Below, in pieces: positions 51,847 through 61,669 of a stretch of DNA of 64,000 nt (positions are counted from its first letter, which is position 1; every line of letters begins with the position of its first letter). Where the stretch lies: assembly GCA_913045225.1 (NCBI GenBank), contig CAJWPC010000001.1, positions 79,128 to 143,127 on the forward strand, given 5' to 3'. The notes under the pieces are model-generated. The model did not search any database and was not told where the DNA came from. It worked only from the letters and a program-made list of their open reading frames with translations. Source of the stretch: an uncultured Rhodobiaceae bacterium. GTDB taxonomy: Bacteria; Pseudomonadota; Alphaproteobacteria; Rhizobiales; TMED25. The translations under genes and the position numbers were made by a program.

Positions 51847-53115
51847 ATGAATAGACCATACTACAAGCCAGATCCTGTTGGGGGGGCAGAACAATATGTT
51901 GGTGCTGAACATAAACTTAATGAGCCATGGGAGGAACAAGCCCATAATGTAAAATTAGTTGGGCATTCAGATCTAAATGGCTGGGGTGACGCCTTCCAGA
52001 TACAGGTATCAAATGGAATATGTTATGTTGCAGCTTCAGGAATTAATGGTCATAATGGCATGACAATTCTTGATGTCAAAGATCCGTCAAAGCCGAAAAT
52101 ATTAAATCAAATATCAGACTCGCCTGGTGCAAGAACCCATAAGGTTCTCAGAATTAGTGATGATGTATTAATTACAAATTCAGAGCTGAGGCCTAATCTA
52201 GTTGGTCAATATCCAGAACTAAAAGGTGGATTAAGAGTTTTTGATATATCAGATCCTATTAATCCAAAGTTTATTAGACACGTTGAAGTAGATAGTTTTG
52301 GTATACATAGACCGATCTATGATAGGGATAGAAAATTGATGTATAGTTCTGGTTTTAAAGACGGTTATAATGGAAAAATACTGCTTATTCATGATATGAA
52401 AGATCCATCAAATCCTCGTTTTATTGGTCATGGTTGGGTTGAGGGTCAAAAAGAAGGCGAAGAGTATTCATGGGATAACTCAATAGTTAAAAACGAAGCT
52501 TGGTGCCACGAAGGAAATCCATGGGGTAATTTCGTTACCGCCGGATGGTGGGATGGGGGTATTGTTTTATTTGATTGTACGGATCCATCAAAACCAGAAT
52601 TTAAGTGGAGACATAACCCTCATGAAACCCATGGTTGGCCGGGAAACTATCATAGTTTTCTTGTGCCAAAAGGCTCTGAATTTGGAATTGTCACTCAAGA
52701 AACTATAACTGTCAACTGTGAACACCCGCCAGCATTTATTACATTCTACGATTTAAGAAATAGAGATGTCCCTCTTCCAGTAAGTACATATATGCCATTT
52801 GATATAGATCCATATGAGATGAGACCATTAGACTCTAAATGGGGGCAGACAGGATCAAGGCATGGCGCTCATAATATATGGTTGGATATGGAAAAAAATG
52901 ATCTTATCTACATTGCTTGGTTTAATGCTGGGTTAAGAATCATTGACTGGAGCAATCCATTTAGCCCCAAAGAAGTTGGATCTTATATCCCAGCAGGAAA
53001 TAGAGAACGATGCTGTCCACAAAGTAACGATGTTTATGTTGATCGTGAAACCGGACTTATATATATGTCTGATCGATGGGGATTAGGTCTGCATATTCTC
53101 GAATATACAGGTTAA
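51847..53115 (+). CDS. LVIVD-repeat beta-propeller protein, cytoplasmic
   Basis: Repeats LDVKDPSKP, FDISDPINP, HDMKDPSNP, FDCTDPSKP, YDLRNRDVP, IDWSNPFSP; no signal peptide; start ATG 51847 or 51835. Confidence 0.85.
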   Translation: MNRPYYKPDPVGGAEQYVGAEHKLNEPWEEQAHNVKLVGHSDLNGWGDAFQIQVSNGICYVAASGINGHNGMTILDVKDPSKPKILNQISDSPGARTHKVLRISDDVLITNSELRPNLVGQYPELKGGLRVFDISDPINPKFIRHVEVDSFGIHRPIYDRDRKLMYSSGFKDGYNGKILLIHDMKDPSNPRFIGHGWVEGQKEGEEYSWDNSIVKNEAWCHEGNPWGNFVTAGWWDGGIVLFDCTDPSKPEFKWRHNPHETHGWPGNYHSFLVPKGSEFGIVTQETITVNCEHPPAFITFYDLRNRDVPLPVSTYMPFDIDPYEMRPLDSKWGQTGSRHGAHNIWLDMEKNDLIYIAWFNAGLRIIDWSNPFSPKEVGSYIPAGNRERCCPQSNDVYVDRETGLIYMSDRWGLGLHILEYTG

Positions 53116-53120
53116 ATTAT

Positions 53121-54308
53121 ATGAAAAAACCTTTAGAAGGTATTAGGGTAATTGAGTTTGGCAACTTTATTGCTGGACCTTTCTGCGGAATGTTGCTTGC
53201 AGATATGGGAGCAGAAGTAATAAAAATTGAGCCTCTGTCAGGTGACTTGGCCCGAGCTATACCACCAATAATTGATGGTAAAAGTGCTGCATTTATGACT
53301 CTAAATAGGAATAAAAAAAGTCTAGCAATAGATTTAAAGTCGAACCATGGTAGGTCTCTTACGCTTGAGATATGCAAATCAGCAAATGTCATAATTGAGA
53401 ACAATAGACCAGGTGTGATGCAAAGACTGGGTTTGGGTGAAGAGGAAGTAAAAAAAATAAATAATAAAATTGTTTATACATCTGTATCTGGTTTTGGACA
53501 AACAGGTGAATTAAAAAATAGAGCGGGGATAAATCTTATTATTGAAGCATTATCTGGAACGTTGTCCGTAATGGGTGAGAAAGGCGAAATTCCCCCAAGG
53601 CCCGGCTTGCAAACCGCAGACATTCTTGGTGCAATGTTTGCAACCTATTCAACTTTAGCTGGATTAATTGGACAGATTCAACACAATCAAGGTATGCATG
53701 CAGATGTAGCTCTAATCGAGGCATCCATCGCCTCTGCTGTATGGGAAACAACAGAATACTTATCGAGTGGTATCGTTCCAGAACAATTAGGGCATTCACA
53801 CCGAGCAAGTGCACCATATCAATTATTTGAAACAAATGATAAAAGGTATATTGCAATAGGCGCGCCGAGTGACGCACATTTTAAGAGATTGATGAACATA
53901 CTAGATCTAAATGATTTATGTGAAAATCCGAAATTTACTTCATATTCCAGTAGAAAAGAAAATGAAAACGATCTTGTCCCAGTTGTTGCAGAAAAAATAA
54001 TGGATTGGGACTCATCAAATTTAGAAATTAAATTGACAGAAGCTGGTATACCATGCGGCTGTGTAAGAAATTACAAAGAAGCTCTAAATAATCCTCATAG
54101 CATCGAAAGGCAGCTGGTAAAGGAAATAAGTGATGGTCAAGGTTCTAAAATTAAGACAATACGTAATCCAGTCTTAATTAATAAAAAACCAATAAGAATT
54201 GATAACCTTGCTCCAGAATTAGGTCAGCACAGCTTTGAAATTTTAAATGAAGTTGGTATTGATAAAAATGCGTTCAGCAAACTTGTCAGTGATGGGATTA
54301 CTATCTAG
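53121..54308 (+). CDS. Class III CoA-transferase (CaiB/BaiF family)
   Basis: AGPFCGMLLADMGAEVIKIEP, NRNKKS..DLK, ENNRPG, catalytic Asp in ADILGA, APELGQH; start reassigned to ATG 53121. Confidence 0.94.
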   Translation: MKKPLEGIRVIEFGNFIAGPFCGMLLADMGAEVIKIEPLSGDLARAIPPIIDGKSAAFMTLNRNKKSLAIDLKSNHGRSLTLEICKSANVIIENNRPGVMQRLGLGEEEVKKINNKIVYTSVSGFGQTGELKNRAGINLIIEALSGTLSVMGEKGEIPPRPGLQTADILGAMFATYSTLAGLIGQIQHNQGMHADVALIEASIASAVWETTEYLSSGIVPEQLGHSHRASAPYQLFETNDKRYIAIGAPSDAHFKRLMNILDLNDLCENPKFTSYSSRKENENDLVPVVAEKIMDWDSSNLEIKLTEAGIPCGCVRNYKEALNNPHSIERQLVKEISDGQGSKIKTIRNPVLINKKPIRIDNLAPELGQHSFEILNEVGIDKNAFSKLVSDGITI

Positions 54309-55356
54309 TTTTTACTTTTTCTATTATTGCATTTGTCATATCAATTGTAGAAGATTTTCCTCCAATATCTGCTGTTAGGTATTTTCTTTCTTTGATTACT
54401 TCTGATGTTGACTCCTCAATAATATTTGAAGCCATAATTAATTTTTCCTCATTATATTTAGAGCCCATCCATGATAACAGCATTGATGTTGACATAATCA
54501 TGGCATATGGGTTCGCAACATTTTTTCCTGCAATATCCGGCGCAGAACCATGCGTTGCTTGAGCCATTGCAATATTTTCTCCAAGACAGAGACCAGGCGC
54601 CATGCCAATTGAACCAATTAAACCTGCTCCAATATCACTTAATATATCGCCGAATTGATTTGTTGTTACAACAACATCAAATGACTCAGGATTTGAGACT
54701 AGGTGCATAGCAGTTGTATCAATTAGTGTATCCTCATAAGAGATTGAAGGATATTCCTTTGAAACTTTTACGCATTCCTCCAAGAACATTCCACAACTTA
54801 ATCTAAATAGGGGTTCTTTATGTGCTGCTGTAACTTTGGATCTATTTTTGCTTATAGCCAAATCAAAGGCAGCTTTAGCTACTCGATTAGAACCTTTTCT
54901 TGTAATAACCCTTGATGCGATAGTGATATCATCGTTTGGACGAAATTCAGGGTATCCTCCAACAATTGTGTCTGAACTCTGCAGACCTTCAGTTAATTCT
55001 CTGACGAAAATGATATCTATATTCTTCGAATTATCATATGACTTCGCAGGTCTTACCGCAGCATATAATTCAAATTTTTTTCTAATAGGGGGCATTTTCC
55101 ACGTCGAGTCATTTCGGGGATAATTATTATGCCCAATAGGGCCACAAATTATTCCATGGACTTCATTTAATTGAGATACTGTGTATTCAGGAAAGGTATC
55201 GCCGTACTTACTATGTGCTAAATTTCCAATGGGTAAGTCAATTAGTTCAATATCATACCCAAGGGTCTTTAGTGCTTCAGTTAATACCAACTTTGCCATT
55301 GGGACAATTTCTATACCAATATCATCACCGTTCATAATTGCAATTTTTAGCTTCAT
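54301..55356 (-). CDS. Isocitrate/isopropylmalate/tartrate dehydrogenase family (beta-decarboxylating dehydrogenase)
   Basis: GDDIGIEIV, VRELTEG, NQFGDILSD, ATHGSAPDIAGK..ANP, TADIGG. Confidence 0.92.
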   Translation of the reverse strand: MKLKIAIMNGDDIGIEIVPMAKLVLTEALKTLGYDIELIDLPIGNLAHSKYGDTFPEYTVSQLNEVHGIICGPIGHNNYPRNDSTWKMPPIRKKFELYAAVRPAKSYDNSKNIDIIFVRELTEGLQSSDTIVGGYPEFRPNDDITIASRVITRKGSNRVAKAAFDLAISKNRSKVTAAHKEPLFRLSCGMFLEECVKVSKEYPSISYEDTLIDTTAMHLVSNPESFDVVVTTNQFGDILSDIGAGLIGSIGMAPGLCLGENIAMAQATHGSAPDIAGKNVANPYAMIMSTSMLLSWMGSKYNEEKLIMASNIIEESTSEVIKERKYLTADIGGKSSTIDMTNAIIEKVKTR

Positions 55357-55386
55357 GCTGAAATGATATCAGATTTGGAAATGAAA

Positions 55387-56016
55387 TTAATCAAATTTTT
55401 TTGATAGATTATTTATGAGTTGGGATACAGATTTATTAGAAAGATAGGATGTAAACTCGTCTTTTTTTTGGAGCGTAAGCGATACACCAGCAAGAGTTAG
55501 GTCTATTACTTTATACTGCTGATCTTTATTTATAATTATCCACCATCTTATTGATGCAAGTCTTGAGTCATCCTTAAGAACATCACCATCCACCAAAAAC
55601 TCTCTATTTTTTGACCCTTTGGTTCTACAACTGTCATTAACAATCCCGTATGTAACGTCTGGTTCCTCTTCATCATTATCCAATCTATCATATATCGTCT
55701 TCGTCAGCATCTTTTGGATAAGATCGGTATAGACCTCTTTCATGTCATCAGGTAGTTTCCGTGCATATTTACCGAGCATGACTTTGCCCATTGTCTCGAA
55801 ATCAGCATTTTTGTTGAGTAGCTCCGAAAGATTAGATTTTTTTTGATTTTTGGTAAACTCAGATGAGTTTATGATACTTAATGTTTCATCTGTTACTTCA
55901 TTAATGAAAGCAATAGCCTCATCGCAATATTCCCTACCATTGGCGCTCGACACAAAAATAACTAATAATAACAATGAACCAATGAGGTATTTATTTAAAT
56001 TCTGAAACATGATCAA
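55387..56016 (-). CDS. mlaC: Phospholipid-binding periplasmic protein MlaC/Ttg2D
   Basis: Signal peptide, DF..MG...LG.Y, KVIDL..AGVSL.....DEF.S. Confidence 0.85.
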   Translation of the reverse strand: MIMFQNLNKYLIGSLLLLVIFVSSANGREYCDEAIAFINEVTDETLSIINSSEFTKNQKKSNLSELLNKNADFETMGKVMLGKYARKLPDDMKEVYTDLIQKMLTKTIYDRLDNDEEEPDVTYGIVNDSCRTKGSKNREFLVDGDVLKDDSRLASIRWWIIINKDQQYKVIDLTLAGVSLTLQKKDEFTSYLSNKSVSQLINNLSKKFD

Positions 56017-56021
56017 CCTAG

Positions 56022-56855
56022 TTAGAATACTAAGTTGAGATCCCGTGCTGTGTCAATTGAAAATTCAGATGGTTCGTCGCTTGGAACACCGTTTGAAATT
56101 TCATCCATTCTTCTTTGCATGTACATATTTCTTATACTAACATAGTAATCAGTAGAACTTGCCTCGATGTCATCAAGCACATCTAGTAGTTCTTCTCGAG
56201 CAACTACAGCTTCTGAAATTCCGTATGAGTAACGATATCCATCATTTTGATTTTGCAAATACCAAGTTAGTGGGTGTACCGCAAAGTCCACTACACGCCC
56301 AGCAATATGACGCGGCGTTGATGGTCCAAAAAGAGGCGAGACAATGTAGGGACCGCTTTCAACACCATAAACAGCGAGTGTTTGTGCAAAATCTTCTGTG
56401 TGCCTCGGGTATCCCATATCTGTCGCTGGATCACCAAATCCAAAAAAACCAACTGAAGAATTTATGACAAACCTATTAACTGTGTTAGATGCTCGTTCTT
56501 CTTCACCTTGAAGGATATCATTAAAAAGAATTGTCGGAGATTCTAAGTTGCGTAGGAAATTCCTAATCGACTCGCGACCGCCTTCTGGCACAATATCCCG
56601 ATAAGCTTGAGCCATTGGTTTTAATATTGCTTTGTCAACTGCTTGGTTAAAAGCAAACATCTTTCTATTAGTTTCCTCGAAGGGATCAAAAGTATTATAA
56701 TCGATTTCAGGGGAAGATGGCTCGACGTAGGATGAATTATAATTTTCTTCAATAAATTGGGATATATCTGCTTTGGATGCTGTTGTATGCAAAAAAAGCA
56801 TTATAGAAAGTGTTATTACAAAGAGTATTCTATGTATATTTATTTTGGCCACCAT
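56022..56855 (-). CDS. mlaA: VacJ/MlaA family protein
   Basis: DPFE..NR.MF.FN...D...LKP, RF.INS.VG..G..D.A, EDFAQTL..YG...GPY.V.PL.GPSTPR. Confidence 0.92.
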   Translation of the reverse strand: MVAKINIHRILFVITLSIMLFLHTTASKADISQFIEENYNSSYVEPSSPEIDYNTFDPFEETNRKMFAFNQAVDKAILKPMAQAYRDIVPEGGRESIRNFLRNLESPTILFNDILQGEEERASNTVNRFVINSSVGFFGFGDPATDMGYPRHTEDFAQTLAVYGVESGPYIVSPLFGPSTPRHIAGRVVDFAVHPLTWYLQNQNDGYRYSYGISEAVVAREELLDVLDDIEASSTDYYVSIRNMYMQRRMDEISNGVPSDEPSEFSIDTARDLNLVF

Positions 56856-57105
56856 TACATCCCATTTGTTTGTTATAACTTTATATAGGCTAACATAATA
56901 TATATCAAATATGATTAAAAATAAATAAATTTGACATGTTTTGTTTTTAGTTTAATCATCAATTGTTAAGATGATCTTAAAGACTTACGTTCTGATGTTA
57001 AATATTGTTCAAAATTTAGGCAAAATAAATTCAATTTTTTTAATTATGTGATATATCAACAGCTTTTTGATCGAGTTTTTTACATAATCTTGATATTATC
57101 GACTA

Positions 57106-58029
57106 ATGAAATCAAATCAAATAGTTTTGCTTGATGGGGGAATTGGCCAGGAGATATACAAAAGAGCTGGATCACCCGAATCAAAAACGCTCTGGTCTTT
57201 ACAGATCATGCGAGATAATCCAGATATTGTAGTTGGCGTACATAAGGATTTTATAAATGCAGGATCAAAAGTTTTAAGCTTAAATAATTATGCTGCAACC
57301 CCATCAAGATTAGAGAGAGTTGGTATGCGAGACAGTTTTGATGAAATCCACTCTTTGTCCATCCAGTTGTTGAATACCGCAATTTCTGAATCAAAGTATA
57401 CTAGATCAGATTTGTCCATCGCTGGTTGCTTGCCGCCACTTATCGCTAGTTATACAGCTGAGGATAGTAGAGGCAATAAGGAACTTTTTGACGAGTATAT
57501 TCTTTTAATTGAACAGCAAATTGATGATGTCGATTTATTTCTGGTGGAGACAATGTCTAGCATCAAAGAGATAATTGTTGTCACCGATGCTCTTGATCAT
57601 TTTGGACTGGGTAAGTATGTTAGTCTCACGTTAGATGATGATTATCCCAATTTGCTCAGATCTGGTGAAAATTTGGTAGATGCGATTAAATTATTGGAAA
57701 TGAAATCCGCAGACGCAATTTTATTAAATTGCTCCTGTCCAGAAACAATATCCTCAGCGTTAACTAAATTTAAAAATATTGACATACCCTTTGGTGCTTA
57801 CGCAAATGGTTTCTCTTCTGTCAAAGATTTGAAATTTGGAAAAAGTGTAAATGTATTGGAGGCAAGAAATGACCTCGGTCCGGATGAATATTTAAAATTT
57901 GTGATGGATTGGATCAGTAAAGGTGCAAGAATAATTGGTGGCTGTTGTGAGATTGGTCCAAAGCACATCAATAGAGTTTCAGATCAGTTACACCTTAATG
58001 GCTACACAACCATGAAGCTTAGATTATAA
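57106..58029 (+). CDS. Homocysteine S-methyltransferase family protein
   Basis: LLDGGIG.E, VHKDFI.AG, ETMS, Zn ligands LNC and GGCC. Confidence 0.9.
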   Translation: MKSNQIVLLDGGIGQEIYKRAGSPESKTLWSLQIMRDNPDIVVGVHKDFINAGSKVLSLNNYAATPSRLERVGMRDSFDEIHSLSIQLLNTAISESKYTRSDLSIAGCLPPLIASYTAEDSRGNKELFDEYILLIEQQIDDVDLFLVETMSSIKEIIVVTDALDHFGLGKYVSLTLDDDYPNLLRSGENLVDAIKLLEMKSADAILLNCSCPETISSALTKFKNIDIPFGAYANGFSSVKDLKFGKSVNVLEARNDLGPDEYLKFVMDWISKGARIIGGCCEIGPKHINRVSDQLHLNGYTTMKLRL

Positions 58030-61000
58030 CTTATTTTTTTTACCGTATCCTCCACCTGAAGGAGTAGTGATCATCAGCTGATCTCCGATGGCTAATTCTA
58101 TTTGGCAATTTCCTTCTATCTCTATTGCCACATTGTTTCTTATTATTGTGTTTGACCCCAGCTTCCCCGGCTCACCTCCACAAAGACCAAATGGCTGTTC
58201 TTTCCTGTTATTTGATAACAGAGAACAACTCATATTATCACAAATGAAGAATATTTTTTTTAAACCACGGCCACCTGCAAATTTACTATTATATTGTTTC
58301 CCCTCAACTAGGGATATTTCTGAGAGAATAATTGGGTATTCTTCCTCAAAAATTTCAGGATCGGTAGATCTTGAATTTGTCATATTTGTCTGTATCGCAT
58401 CACAACCATTATGATTTTTCCCTGCTCCCTGACCTCCGCATACAGTTTCATAATATTGAAATTTGTCATTACCAAAAATGATATTGTTCATTGTAGATTG
58501 ACAAGATGCTTTGATGGAGAGCGCACCAAAAATACAATTTGCAAGAGCTTGGCTCACTTCAACATTTCCCGCTGAGACGGCCGCATTTTTTGAGGGATTT
58601 ATTATAGAGTTGCTGTCCGTAGATATTTCTACAGGTTCAAGGATTCCTGAATTTAGAGGAATATCCTCATTAATTAAACATCTTAAGACATAAATTATGA
58701 CAGCTTTTGTGATTGGAAGCGGCGCATTAAAATTATCTGAACTTTCTCCACTTGATCCAGTGAAGTCAAAGTTAATCTTTTTACCATCAGAGCATGTATT
58801 TATTCTTAATTTGAGATAAAAATTATCAAGTGTCATATCAAAGCTTGATGCTTTAATATTTTTCAATATCCCGAGACATGCCTCTTTTGCATTCTCTTGT
58901 ATTGCAAACATTTGTTTAAGAACAACCTCTAATCCATAGTAGTCAATGATTTTACGCAATTGTATCTCACCAATTTTATTTGCTGCTGCTTGAGCTGTAA
59001 TGTCTTGTATGTTGAGCTCTGGATTTCTCGCTGGATATTTACCACTATTTAATTTTTTTTGTAATCGTTCGTGTTTCGTAAGATCATTCATCCGAATTTT
59101 AAAATTATCAAATATAATACCTTCATCATCCAATTTTTTTGCTTCGGGAGTCATAGATCCAGGATAAATTCCACCAATATCAGGGTGATGACCCCGCGTG
59201 GCCAAGTAAAAAATTATATCATTGGTTTTATCAGAAAAGATAGGGGAAATAATAGTAATATCAGGCAAATGCGTTCCTCCAGAACTAGGTGAGTTATTTA
59301 TAAATATATCCCCCCTGTTTACAGATTGATTTTTCTTGATAAGCCCTTTTACGCAATCATCCATAGATCCGAGATGTACTGGTATATGAGGTGCATTCGC
59401 AACAAGATTACCGATATTATCAAATAGAGCACACGAGTAATCAAGCCGCTCTTTTATATTTATAGAGGCCGCAGTCCTTTGTAGTGTTTCCCCCATTGTT
59501 TCTGCTACTGACATAAAAAGGTTGTTAAAAATCTCCAACATTATTGGTGACTCATCAGCTTTTCTATGAGTTTTTGATGTTTTTATTTTTTTTATTAGAA
59601 TATTGCCTGATTGGTCCCTAGTTGCTTGCCATCCCTCTTCTACGATTATTGTTGAGTGATCATCAATCAGAATTGCTGGCCCTGTAAGTTTGAAGTCATA
59701 GAATTTTTCTATTCGACACACAATTGCCTTAACCCATTTTCCTTTACTATAGAAATTTTCATAATCAATCTTATTTTCAGTATTTATTTTTTTTATGGGC
59801 AGTTCGATTTTATTATATCGAGGAGTTGTTTCAACTTGGATCATATCAAGTATAATTTTTCTATTTAGATTATAGCCGTATATCTTTTTATGAATTTTCC
59901 TAAAATTTTTGATTAAATCTTCACACTTAATATTTGATTTTTTTTCTTTTATGCAAATACTTTGATCGGTACCCTTGTACTTCAAATAAAATAAATTTAA
60001 ATGAGATACAGTCATGGATTTGGTGTTAGCTAGGTTTTCTTTTTGTAATTTTTTTATAAGAGCATCAATTTTATTTCTATATTTTTTATCAAATTCAAAA
60101 AAAGTACTCTCTTGTTTAATATACTTCTCTCCAGATTGAGCCATACCATATGCCGATAAAAAACTTGATAGTGGATTAATAATAACTGTTTTGATCTCAA
60201 GGTTCTCAGCAATCTGGCAAGCGTGTTGGCCACCAGCCCCCCCATAACTCACGAGCGCATGCTCTTCCAAGTGCAGACCTTTCCTTGTGGCAATTTTTCT
60301 TATTACTCTACACATTTTCTCAACTGCAATTTTTATAAACCCTTCAGCTACATCTTCTGGAAGCATTTTTGGATCTATATTATCTCTCAGTTGATTGAAT
60401 TCCTTAGATACAATTTGCTTATTCAGTGAGGATTTGCCGTCATGGCCAAACTTCTGTGGGAAATACTTTTCTATAATTTTGCCAAGAAATAGGTTTGCAT
60501 CTGTAAGTGTGAGGGGGCCATTTTTTCCATAAGACATTGGTCCGGGGTATGAACCCGCTGATTTTGGTCCAACGATCATCCTCGAGTTCCTATAGTCTAA
60601 AATTGAACCTCCACCAGAAGCAATTGTATCTATATCAATGATAGGTACCTGAAGTATTTGGTTATCGATCGTTTTCTCATTCTTGTACTCCAATTCACCC
60701 TCGAAATGTGAGACGTCTGTAGAAGTGCCACCCATATCAAAAGTTATAATTTTTTTAAAGCCTGAGTTTTTACCGACTGAGATTGCACCCATTACGCCCC
60801 CAGCTGGACCCGATAATATAGAATTTATACCTCGGAAGTTTTTTTCTTCTGCTAGGCCACCATTCGATTGCATGTATCTAAGACTAATATTATTCTTATT
60901 AAAATTTATTTCTTTTTTTAAATTATCAATATCGCTTCTGATAATAGGATCTACATAGGCATGAACAAGAGATGTATGGGTTCTTCGTATATATTTAATC

Positions 61001-61590
61001 GTTTTTGAAATTTCATGACCAAGTGTAACATTTTTGTGTCCAAGTTGATTTAATATACTTTGGATCTCAATTTCATAACTGGGAAATTTCCATCCATGAA
61101 TTAAGCTTACACAAATTGAATTATAATTCCCTATTTTTATTTGTTTTAATTGCTCCGTAATTGTTTTCCAATTTGGTTTTATGAAATCATTCCCACTATT
61201 TGTGAGACGGATGTCCAATTCTATTACTTTTGAATACAACGGGATTGGCCTTTTGATTTCTAGTGAAAATATATCTTCTCTACTTTGATAACCAATCTTT
61301 TGGCAGTCTCTAAAGCCTTTTGGAACAATTAAAAGTGTTTTTTCACCTGTTCTCTCCAAAAGAGTATTTGTAGCTTTCGTTGTTCCAACGGTTATATTCC
61401 CTATATTTTTAAGGTCTGCAGAGTTATCGGTTAAGATTTTTTTTATACCAGTTGAAACAGGGTCATCATTCTTGTTTTGAGACTGACTCAATACTTTTTC
61501 TAGAAATAGATTATTATTTGGGGAAAGGGCAATTACATCAGTAAATGTACCACCTTTATCTATCCAGAAATTCCAATTATTTTTTTCCAT
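58024..61590 (-). CDS. ATP-dependent 5-oxoprolinase / fused hydantoinase A-B family
   Basis: DKGGTFTD, SGPAGGV, DMGGTSTDV, NIKERLDYSCA, IPVHLGSM, GGTHLPD, YYET..GG.GA, TPSGGGYG. Confidence 0.93.
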   Translation of the reverse strand: MEKNNWNFWIDKGGTFTDVIALSPNNNLFLEKVLSQSQNKNDDPVSTGIKKILTDNSADLKNIGNITVGTTKATNTLLERTGEKTLLIVPKGFRDCQKIGYQSREDIFSLEIKRPIPLYSKVIELDIRLTNSGNDFIKPNWKTITEQLKQIKIGNYNSICVSLIHGWKFPSYEIEIQSILNQLGHKNVTLGHEISKTIKYIRRTHTSLVHAYVDPIIRSDIDNLKKEINFNKNNISLRYMQSNGGLAEEKNFRGINSILSGPAGGVMGAISVGKNSGFKKIITFDMGGTSTDVSHFEGELEYKNEKTIDNQILQVPIIDIDTIASGGGSILDYRNSRMIVGPKSAGSYPGPMSYGKNGPLTLTDANLFLGKIIEKYFPQKFGHDGKSSLNKQIVSKEFNQLRDNIDPKMLPEDVAEGFIKIAVEKMCRVIRKIATRKGLHLEEHALVSYGGAGGQHACQIAENLEIKTVIINPLSSFLSAYGMAQSGEKYIKQESTFFEFDKKYRNKIDALIKKLQKENLANTKSMTVSHLNLFYLKYKGTDQSICIKEKKSNIKCEDLIKNFRKIHKKIYGYNLNRKIILDMIQVETTPRYNKIELPIKKINTENKIDYENFYSKGKWVKAIVCRIEKFYDFKLTGPAILIDDHSTIIVEEGWQATRDQSGNILIKKIKTSKTHRKADESPIMLEIFNNLFMSVAETMGETLQRTAASINIKERLDYSCALFDNIGNLVANAPHIPVHLGSMDDCVKGLIKKNQSVNRGDIFINNSPSSGGTHLPDITIISPIFSDKTNDIIFYLATRGHHPDIGGIYPGSMTPEAKKLDDEGIIFDNFKIRMNDLTKHERLQKKLNSGKYPARNPELNIQDITAQAAANKIGEIQLRKIIDYYGLEVVLKQMFAIQENAKEACLGILKNIKASSFDMTLDNFYLKLRINTCSDGKKINFDFTGSSGESSDNFNAPLPITKAVIIYVLRCLINEDIPLNSGILEPVEISTDSNSIINPSKNAAVSAGNVEVSQALANCIFGALSIKASCQSTMNNIIFGNDKFQYYETVCGGQGAGKNHNGCDAIQTNMTNSRSTDPEIFEEEYPIILSEISLVEGKQYNSKFAGGRGLKKIFFICDNMSCSLLSNNRKEQPFGLCGGEPGKLGSNTIIRNNVAIEIEGNCQIELAIGDQLMITTPSGGGYGKKNKL

Positions 61591-61669
61591 AATAAATCTA
61601 AATTATTGCTGTTATGGCAACTATGAAAGACTATAATTAACATAGATGATTATATAAAGTTTTTACAAA

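Noticed and set aside
48849-55386. Possible tRNA-anchored genomic island
   Set aside because: No integrase or transposase, and I did not spot a duplicated tRNA 3' end (not exhaustively scanned); composition looks native. Treated as an accessory region, not a mobile element.
56966-56980. TTAA-N7-TTAA CtrA-like site in the mlaA/methyltransferase spacer
   Set aside because: It lacks the terminal C, and such matches are expected by chance in very AT-rich intergenic DNA.
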